A DNA stretch of 64,000 bases from NCBI GenBank assembly GCA_028023455.1, contig JAQFVV010000003.1, positions 18,476,001-18,540,000 of the forward strand, in the 5' to 3' direction. Of the stretch, positions 26,623 through 35,090 are shown one piece after another. The position numbers were made by a program, and so were the translations under genes. The first letter of the stretch is position 1; each line of letters begins with the position of its first letter. The notes below the pieces were generated by a model. It worked only from the letters and a program-made list of their open reading frames with translations. It was not told where the DNA came from and made no database searches. Source of the DNA: Epiperipatus broadwayi. Its lineage: Eukaryota; Animalia; Onychophora.

Positions 26623-26926
26623 ATTGTTGTTTATAATTAATGTTTTTGTGCTCTGTTTATCACGCTTTATTCGTGTAGAATAATTTTCATTATCTGACAG
26701 AGTTTTTATATTATTTATTATTATTTAAGTATAATTATGGAGTATCAATATCGTTTTTTTTTTGATTAACCGTTCAGTTCCAGTATGTCGCCATGATTCT
26801 GGTATACAGTACCGAAAGCGCTTGGCTAATTGTTGTTTATAATTAATGTTTTTGTGCTCTGTTTATCATGCTTTATTCGTGTAGAATAATTTTCATTATC
26901 TGACAGAGTTTTTATATTATTTATTA
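26623..26926 (+). mobile_element. Penelope pseudo-LTR / retrozyme-like remnant: 98-bp direct repeats (26623-26720, 26829-26926; period 206 bp) enclosing a hammerhead motif
   Basis: The two repeat copies differ by one substitution, and the hammerhead-like motif ends 2 nt before the second copy. Confidence 0.65.
26790..26826 (+). ncRNA. Minimal type I hammerhead ribozyme motif, variant core (A3/U8, A9>C), probably inactive
   Basis: GCC-ATGATTC-T-GGTA(TACAG)TACC-GAAA-GCGC-TT-GGC: stem I 3 bp, stem II 4 bp, palindromic stem III AAGCGCTT. Confidence 0.55.
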
Positions 26927-27187
26927 AATATTATATATATGTTTCAGAAAAATCAAATTTGAAAATATTTCTGTGGAAAGAAATATTTTAATAAATGTGT
27001 TCTATCAGAATTTATTATTATGGATCTGAGACCAGAATATTTAACAGAAGAGGAATATAAAAATTATAGAATACACAATGAAATGTGGAAAGACTTACTT
27101 TAATATTGATGAGAAATAAGAACAAAATTTGTGAATGAAAGAATAGATAAAACTGACATCACTAAAAAAAATTATAAAACAAATTGA

Positions 27188-27605
27188 AATTAAAAACGTG
27201 TGAAGCGCTTGAAAGAGAAGCTATAGAGAGTGCAAAAAAAAAAAATAATAATGACAATTCTTCACCATTCTTAGAACATTTCAAAAAGACAGCCCATATA
27301 ATTGAACCCTCCAATCCCAAAATAATTTACATAGAGAAAAACAACAGCAAACGGAAAATTCGAGAAGCGTACTTCATTAATGGCAACAATAACTCTATCG
27401 ATAGACGTGATGCTTACTTTGTCATTTCCAAACGTTGGGCTATCTAAATCATTTGCATATACTTTGCATATCGCCTTTATTTCTCTGTTCTGCATTTAGC
27501 ATTATCGCTATGAATATGAGGCAAACGGCCTCGAAAGCACTTAGCGTTTAATATTTTTTGCACTCTCTATAGCTTCACTTTCAAGCGCTTCACATGCTTT
27601 TAATT
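27188..27605 (+). mobile_element. Penelope-like element 3' fragment: GIY-YIG C-terminus, 3' UTR with hammerhead, bracketed by ~52-bp inverted repeats
   Basis: EHFKKTAHII...KIIYIEKNNSKRKIREAYFI...IDRRD...W matches the PLE endonuclease tail pattern (EH...GH.I...KIL..E....KRKI.EA..I). Inverted repeats at 27188-27239 and 27554-27605 have ~3 mismatches. Confidence 0.82.
27506..27546 (+). ncRNA. Minimal type I hammerhead ribozyme motif with an A3-U8 core variant
   Basis: CGCT-ATGAATA-T-GAGGC(AAACG)GCCTC-GAAA-GCAC-TT-AGCG: perfect 4-bp stem I, perfect 5-bp stem II and a near-palindromic stem III, ~60 nt after the GIY-YIG stop codon. Confidence 0.72.
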
Positions 27606-28629
27606 TTATATATTATAATATCGAGAGAGAAGTTTAAAATTCCTAATAGTTTACAAAACAAATTGAAAGAAGTTTAAACATATAACTAGAAAAGAGGGCA
27701 ATAGAAGTTATAAATTTGATGCCATAAGATAATAAGAGACCTAGATAAAAAAAAAAAAAAACATGTAAACTGGATGAATGAGATTAAACCAAGAAGTTTT
27801 CATGGATTGATGATCGAATATGATGAAAGTGACATTCTTATTAAGATCTAGCAAAGATCTATTTATGTGTACAGGTCCAGATATGAGCCGATTGCACCCA
27901 ATTAGACCCATGTCTGTCAAAGTTTACATAACTTAAAACTATTAAAAAAAATATCTAGTTCATTTCAAAAATTACAATCAGAAACATCTATATATATATT
28001 CAAATACATTTGTTTTTTTACATTGAATACAAGTGCAATATTTTGTACAGGTTTCTATTATCAGTTATTTATATTACAGTACAGAATTGACTAATTGTAT
28101 TTCTGCTTCCACGAATTTTCTTGCTGCACATTGTAAGCATATAGCAAGTTGTCTTTTATGCAATTAAAAAAATAAAGATATGCAATACGTTATCTTTTAA
28201 AAAAAGTACGAGCCAAATAAAGATAGGGATTTTAAATATTTTCTCATACCGCACTTATTAATTAAGAGCTTGTTTGAGCTATTGGTACGTTCTCTGTATT
28301 GCATTTTTGTAAATACAAGCTTATAAAAGCAATGTCACGTTATATATAACTTGCTTTATTGATAATTAAATTATTTATATATATGTAAATTATTTCTACA
28401 ACAAGGTAACTAATTTTAATATAGTTTAATTATTTTATGCTTGTAACTTGATGAACAATTCAATAAACTTATCTATGCTAAATTCATTATTATTTTACAT
28501 AAAAAAATCTTAGTTGTGCAATTAACTGTTTTAAAATCTTAAATATTATTCAAAAAATATAATTAATAGAAAATTATAAAAATATTTTTGATTACTTTAA
28601 TGCAAATTTAAAAGTTTAAATTCAATATA

Positions 28630-29514
28630 CACCTGGGTCTCGTTTTATGCGGTAGATAGGTTCCTCAGAAAATGCGCACAAAAGAAATCGCACAAAAATA
28701 AACGTAACTTACCTTGAAAAATGGGATAGGTTCCCATAATTTTCTGAAATTGGCATAAAAGCAAAGCAAGAAAGAAAAATTACTTTAAAATTCACATTAA
28801 ACAAATAAAGAAATAAAGTATGACTAATAAAAATTTTCAAATATATGAAAAAAATTAATATAAGACAAACTATTTTTACTTTTTTTATTAACTACAGTAT
28901 TTAATTTTACATTTTTTCATACATATTTTAATCCATTATTTTATAATGTGGGTTCGTTTGTGAACTAGTAAGAAATCAGATTCGTGACGTGTAGTACAAC
29001 TAGTGCCACTTCCAGTCTTGTGCTGTTTCTATATTTAAAAAATGAGATGGCAATCAAAACAAAAAGATTAGACATTATCATTCGAAAGATTATTTTCAGT
29101 TTATAAAATCAATAAAATCTTCGTTATTTATTTTAAAAATCTAAAAAAATATTTATTTCTGTTAATATCTAACAAAATACGCTTTAAAAGTTTAAAATTT
29201 TTGAATATTTATTGCGATATTTTTATACATATGTATAAATCTATTATTATTATTTGTTCATTAGTATAAGTAGGTTATTTATATAGAAGCTAAGTTTCTA
29301 AATACAGCTTATGGCCATATTCATGTAAGCTGCTAATATAACGTTATATTTTTGAAATGAAAAAAAAGTATTTCAAGTCAAAATAAGTTATTAATAATTT
29401 AAATTTCTTGATATCTAATAAATATAGTGAAATATGAAGGATATTAAGAAGAAACATGAATCGCATAACTTCAAAATCGCATTAAAATAATCCGCATAAA
29501 ACGAGACCCAGATG
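28630..29514. mobile_element. Tc1/mariner (pogo/Tigger-like) MITE, 885 bp, TA target duplication
   Basis: TA|CACCTGGGTCTCGTTTTATGCGG ... CCGCATAAAACGAGACCCAGATG|TA (23-bp TIR, 1 mismatch), with subterminal AATCGCA repeats. Confidence 0.9.
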
Positions 29515-29600
29515 TATAAACATTTGTTTTCATTTATTATCTATTTCTGCAAAGAAATCTTAGCATTCTAACTATTTTTTCCAAGGACATCCAATTCAAA

Positions 29601-31445
29601 ATGAGTAAGAGATATGGGCAAAAAATAACAAAGTGGTAATGTCAAAAGAAAATTAAATAAAATAATAAATATTATAGCCAAAAAGCAAACAGGTATTTGC
29701 ACAAATTTTTAAGAATTCACAATGGCGACACAGAATAAGAAAGGACCAATCAAGAAGATGAAATATTCATGTAAATGAAAGTGTCTCAAAAGAAAAGATG
29801 TTTGAGATATTAAGATGGATATTGATAATAATCTTGAAGTAACACATTTATAAGAAGAAAACAGTGTAATGGAAATAATTTAGTATAGTATGTCTGAAAA
29901 TAAAGTAGTAGTTAATGAACTATTAAATATAACAAATGACTGCTACTTAGCCAGATGCCAGAAAATAATAGATTATTTATGGGAAAAGGACAACTAAAAA
30001 TTCTTGTTGATGAATTTTCCTGCCAAAATAACAGAACTCATTTTTCAAAAGTTCATTTTAGAAGACAACTTTCAAATGGTGAAATAATATGTAATTTCTG
30101 GATAATATATTGTAATAAAAAAGATAAAATATTTTGTTTCTACTGTTGTCTTTTCCGTGAAAATGTGACAATTCCTTTGTTCCCATCAAGACTCAATAAT
30201 TGGCCAATTACCCATATCAGACTTGCAGAACATGAAAAATCAAAGCATCATTTAATTGCATTGTTAAAATGTACAGAATTTTAAGAGACTTTAGACTGTT
30301 TTAAAAAAATGCATATGGCTTTATTGCTCGGAAGTTCATAAGAAGTTCAATCACCACACTTGCGAGTGCCATAATTGATCCTGGGACCTCCCAATCGCAA
30401 GTCGGACACTATACCAACTATGCAAACCATCCAGGGCACTTTCAGCTGTGGAAAGTATTGATAAGATACAACAGAAATTATTGAATCAAGAAAAATTGCA
30501 ATTATGTAAAGTTTTTAAAAGATTATTATCAATGATAGAATTTCTAGCTGAGCATAATTTGGCATTTTGAGAATCTGCTGAAAACATAGATGATTACATA
30601 ATGGGAACTTTCTAGGACTTATTGAACTGCTTGAAAATTTGATTCAATAATTCAGACAATATTTGATGAATGGCCAGTAAACAAGGTTAAAAACATTAAG
30701 CAAAACAACTGAAAATAAAACAGTAAATATAATGGGAAATAAAATCCAAAACCTGATTATAAATTAAATAAAACCAGGAAAGTATTTTGCTATAATTCTT
30801 GACTTTAATACAAAAGATTTGGAGATAATTCAGAACTTCAAAATAAAAGGTTGAGAATAAGAAATACTTTAGTTATGAAGATGATAATGAGCCAATTATT
30901 AACCCTGTAAACTGTTCGGAGTAAATTTTTTTTGTGTAGTTCTGAATAAAGCAAGCCAATCATTACAAAATCAATTTGAAAAATTAAAAAATCATATGAA
31001 TTTATTTGGATTTATGGGAAAATTTTAAAAAATTGTTCTGACGAATATTAAAACTATGCAAAAAGATTCATTTATTAATTTTATAAAGAAGCCTGATGTA
31101 GTTGACAATATGTTGATCAATGAAGTGGAAGTTCTAAAAATTATTCTTTCATTAGAATATTATGGAAAGTTTTCTAAAATGTTTCAATTTCTAACAGAAA
31201 ATGATCTACAGATTTTCCTAATCTCTTCATTGCTTTTTTTGGATATATTTAACCATATCAGTGTGTATTGCTTATGGAGAAAGGGTATTTTCTAGGTATG
31301 AATAAAAAAATTATTTAAGACCAACTATGATCCAAGATAGGCTAAATAGTTTAGCAAACCTATCCATCGAAAATCAAGAAGCATGGCAGATAGAATATAA
31401 TTAAAGTTTAAGACTTCTCCAAGCAAATAGCTAGAAAATGTTTTT
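29601..31445 (+). pseudogene. Decayed hAT transposase (ZMYM1-like, TTF zinc finger / DUF4371 / hAT dimerisation)
   Basis: RRQLSNGE...WIIYCNKKDKIFCFYCCLF, LAEHEKSKHH, RLLSMIEFLAEHNLAF, GNFLGLIELL, LRPTMIQDRLNSLANLSIEN. Many stops and internal deletions. Confidence 0.85.
30303..30433 (-). mobile_element. tRNA-derived SINE (Ala-like anticodon loop) inserted into the hAT relic
   Basis: Minus strand: A-box-like TGCATAGTTGG, stem-loop TCCGA-CTTGCGA-TTGGG (anticodon TGC), B-box-like GGATCAATT and a short tail with AATAAA. It interrupts the transposase reading frame. Confidence 0.6.
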
Positions 31446-31495
31446 AAACATCATTTTCTATTGCTTCAATATATATATACCCTTGCCCCCCGATT

Positions 31496-31587
31496 CCGCA
31501 AGAAATATCCAATTGAAACCCACACTAAGTAAATTCAAGACCCGCAAGAAATATCCAATTGAAACCCACACTAAGTAAATTCAAGAC
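31496..31587. repeat. Perfect 46-bp tandem duplication
   Basis: CCGCAAGAAATATCCAATTGAAACCCACACTAAGTAAATTCAAGAC x2. Confidence 0.95.
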
Positions 31588-32666
31588 CCTATATTATGTA
31601 TGGAAAGTAAATTTATACAATTTCTTTAAATCAAAACATTAAAAAGCAAGAATAATTTGGGCAGCAATACAAAACAGGTATTATAATATTTAACCAAATA
31701 AATAGATTAATGTCATTCAAGTACACCAATATTATTGAATTAGACCAAAGAGTTTGTTATACAATAAAAATCATGGGTGCTCCACTATCGATTAATATTA
31801 CTGAAATATATAATCATCGGTATTTAATTAACTCGAAAGCTTAGCGAAATAATAAAATGCAATATGCCATTTGCTTGCCTTAGTCTGACTTTTGGGACCT
31901 AAGGAGATTAATTTTGAGGATAGATTAGGTTCTCTTTTTATTTTGTTTCTTTCTCTCAATTCTATTCGCTTTTTTTTCTTCGTCTGCCCTAAGAAGTTAC
32001 CGTTACTTTTACAATAGGGAAAATAATCAGGATGTTTAGAAAATAATCTGAATTTAAACTTAGGTAATAAACACTATCATTAGTTAAAAACGCTACTAAT
32101 CAATCCCACGTGTTATTTAGGAAACAATGGTTACCCGATCGAGCGTAAGATTTTAAAATTATACAAATTAATAGGTATCTTTGCTTACATATATATGTGC
32201 TCGTTAAGAACTTCAATATATAAAAATAATTAATGATCACAGCAATCAAAATTCATTTTTATCAAAGCGATGGACTATATAATGCCATCATCTTTGGGGG
32301 GTGATGGGAAGATTCAAATTATGACAATAATTTTTTATTTACTTTCTTTTTTAAAAATAAATAATAATGAAAGTAGCCTGCAGGATAAACTCACGACTTC
32401 TATTTTGACAAATAAACACTTCAAATTAATGAACTAAAATTAATTTTATTAGTATATATATAAAACATAAAGGATTATGCATAAGAGATTATAAAATTCC
32501 CTTCATAAATTTAAAATATTTTATAATAATAATCTAAAAAAATAACGTTTGGTAACTTTTTGTTGATATTTTAATAAACATGTATTAAAATTAATCCAAA
32601 TCAAAAAAATTAAGTACTGCAATTATTAAATTTCGGGTGAATGCAATACGCCCCTACTACACTTGC

Positions 32667-32727
32667 CTGAATTGTCTATATTACAGGAAATAATTTTCAC
32701 AAAGTTTCCCACAACTATCTTCTCCAT
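32667..32727 (-). CDS. KLHDC10: KLHDC10 coding exon 1 (MEKIVVGNFVKIISCNIDNS + G, phase 1), ending in a GC donor
   Basis: ATG at 32727 in a CAAATGG context with an in-frame TAG 5 codons upstream. The exon is 61 nt and ends CAG|GCAAGT. Phase 1 joins the next exon (G+AT=Asp). GNFVKI resembles NRFVQL of recalled human KLHDC10 exon 1. Confidence 0.78.
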
Positions 32728-32780
32728 TTGATGATCGTTCTAAAACGTTAAAATGTGGTGACGTCATCAGGTAATTCAAA
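32728..32780. promoter_or_regulatory. 53-bp interval between divergent start codons: candidate bidirectional promoter core with a perfect CRE palindrome TGACGTCA at 32759-32766
   Basis: The interval lies between the KLHDC10 ATG (32727, minus) and the ZC3HC1 ATG (32781, plus). TGACGTCA is the CREB/ATF consensus. The surrounding ~1.5 kb retains more CpG than the flanking introns. Confidence 0.7.
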
Positions 32781-32860
32781 ATGGCAGCGCCAACAAAGTT
32801 AAAAGAACTAATATCATCATTTTTATATACAGACGATAAAAATTTAGATAATGTAAAAAG
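32781..32860 (+). CDS. ZC3HC1: ZC3HC1/NIPA coding exon 1 (MAAPTKLKELISSFLYTDDKNLDNVK + AG)
   Basis: CAAAATGG start context with an in-frame TAA 3 codons upstream; donor AAG|GTAAAA. Phase 2 completes AG+C (Ser) with exon 2. The MAAP N-terminus is as in recalled human NIPA. Confidence 0.8.
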
Positions 32861-33625
32861 GTAAAAACTATTGGCTTATTAAATTGATTTTTTTTTAAAA
32901 AATTTGATTACTATTTAGTTTTATTTTTTTTTTGTATTTACATTTTGCATTAATGATTATCGATTCGCGCGAGGATATCTATGCTTTCTATAGTTTATTC
33001 TTTTTATTTAAGATGATTTAAGTAACCAAGCTTGCTAATTTCTTTAAAATTATTTAGTTTTGAATTATTACATAATTCATTTTCATCTATTCATTGATTA
33101 TATTAATATTAAAAAAAATTATGTAATAAATAATGATGCTTCTTGATTTCTCGAAATAAATAATTTAAATTGTATATAAAAAATGAAAATAGATTTCAAT
33201 TATTGTTTACATATTTAGATTGAGAAATGTTTTCTCAAGTAATTATTGTGCCTACTTAATATTTTTATACACAAAATGTGCGATTGTTAGTACATAGGTG
33301 CAGTGTTATCCCCTGACTTTGAGAGAGATTTGAGCCAAAGTCGAATATCGTTCAAAACAGTTAATTGTAAACAGAAACCCAACTTCTATATTTCATGCGC
33401 TATCTCTCTTTTTTTTTCTTTTCAATATTACAAATATAAAACTGATGGTGCATAATCAAATTATTAAAAATGAAATAAATTATTCTGCTGACATAATATA
33501 CTCTATAAATCACATTATTTAATTCTTCAATTTCCTCTTTTTATTTTATTTATGTTTATAAGTGAATTAAATACATTTGTAGATATTTTGAAAACAATTA
33601 CTTGTTTTAATAAAAACAAAATTGT

Positions 33626-33790
33626 GCAGGATGACTCAGTTGGTTAGAGTGTTATCTTAAAATTCAATATTCAATGATCTAAGGGTCCAGGTTTGATTCC
33701 CATGCTAGTACTATCACTGGTTAGGCCAACAACACCTGAAGAGGGGAGACTAATATCTCTCAAAATGTTATAGATATATTAACCTGTATG
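33626..33790 (+). mobile_element. tRNA-headed SINE-like element with a decayed hammerhead motif in its body
   Basis: A-box TGACTCAGTTGG (33632-33643), B-box GGTTTGATTCC (33690-33700), then CTGAAGA-G-GGGAGA(CTAATA)TCTCTC-AAAA (33736-33765). Confidence 0.62.
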
Positions 33791-33829
33791 CTATTAGTAA
33801 CAGTTGAATGTAGTTAAATTTTTCTAAAT

Positions 33830-35090
33830 ACATTCAACACTTAATATTAGATGATGGAAATAGTCCAATATATAAATGCAACTAAAATCCCATCATCACA
33901 AACCTTCAGGCAAACACAATATAATACTAATGTTAATATTTTAAAAGGATGACAAAGAATATATTAGAAATTACAGATCTATTAGTCTTTTACCATTTCT
34001 ATACAAACTTTCTAGCAAGATAATTAGAATTTATTTAAGTGAATTTTGGATTTTAACTAACCAAACAAGCTGGATTTAAAAGTGATTTTAGCACAGTGGA
34101 TCTCATTCAATATTGGGAGAAGTTACAAAAAGAATCAATGATTATGAGTTGCCATTATGTTTTGTTTTGGAGATTATGAAAAAGCATTTTCTATAGTGAT
34201 TAAAACATTGGATCATCAAGATATAGACCTAAGCTATCATAATATTCTGAAGAATATTTATCAAAATGCAATAGCATTAGATTACATAGTGATAGTAAGA
34301 TTAACATTGATAAGAGTATATGATAGGTGATCTCCAGTTTTGAAAGAAGTATTTTGTGGATTAAAATGGGAAGCCAAGGGAGTAAAAGTAAATGGAGATT
34401 ATTTAAAAATCTAGATTTTGTAGGTGATGTGGCTGTTTTTTCAAATAATTCTTCAGAGCTTCAGAAAATGTTGCAAAAGTTATCAAATAAAAGAAAGTAG
34501 GAGCTAAAAAAACTAAAGTGATGTTCAGTGGATATCCTGAAAAGCAGAAAATAAAGATGAATAATGATATTAGAAATTAACAATTAAATATACTTAGATT
34601 AGATTATTAATGCAAATGGAAACATAATGAAATTAATTAAACAATTAAACTTGAGTGTAATACTTTTGATAGAAATAACTTAATATTGAAAGGAAATATG
34701 CCCGTGTGTTTGAAATGGAAATTTTTTAAGAAATGTGTTTACCAGTTCTTACCTATGGATCTGAGACTTGGACAGTTAACAGAAGATCAATGTAGAGACT
34801 TCAGACCATTCAAAAAAGTATATGTTAGAAACAAGAAGGAATCTAAAACAAAATATGTGGATGAAAGATCAAACAGTTATTATTGACATTATTAAAAGAA
34901 TTAAAAGACTGAAGTGGGACTGAGCTGAATGTATTACTTGAAGAGATAATAATAGATTGACAATTGAAATCTGAAAAGATGTAGAAAGAGACCAAATGTG
35001 AGATGAATGGATGAAATAAGAAAGTTTGCTGGTGTGATGTTGAGAAGAGAGATTAATGATTAAAAATGATGATGAAATTCAAAAGGTGTT
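33830..35090 (+). mobile_element. Decayed RTE-clade LINE (RT domain and C-terminus)
   Basis: KG.DKENIRNYRSISLLP, QAGFKSDFST.D, DYEKAFS, VNGDYL..LDFVGDV, KRLKWD, RP..RW.DEIRKFAG. Frameshifted. Confidence 0.88.

Larger units (their letters stand above)
22841..32666 (-). other. KLHDC10: GC-AG intron, KLHDC10 intron 1 (~9.8 kb)
   Basis: Donor CAG|GCAAGT matches the consensus at all positions other than GC, as is typical of GC-AG introns; the phase fits exon 2. Confidence 0.72.

Noticed and set aside
30370-30433. tRNA-like sequences (here and 33626-33705) as functional tRNA genes
   Set aside because: Acceptor and T stems are degenerate, the B-boxes are mutated, and both continue into SINE-like bodies.
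32768-32776. CAG|GTAATT donor-like site just upstream of the ZC3HC1 ATG
   Set aside because: No acceptor fits before the ATG 10 nt downstream, so it cannot be placed in either gene model without transcript data.
33311-33350. Hammerhead-like CCTGACTTTG...CAAAGTCGAATATCG
   Set aside because: A 7-bp stem followed by GAA is present, but the CUGANGA core and stem I cannot be placed. At best it is a deleted relic.
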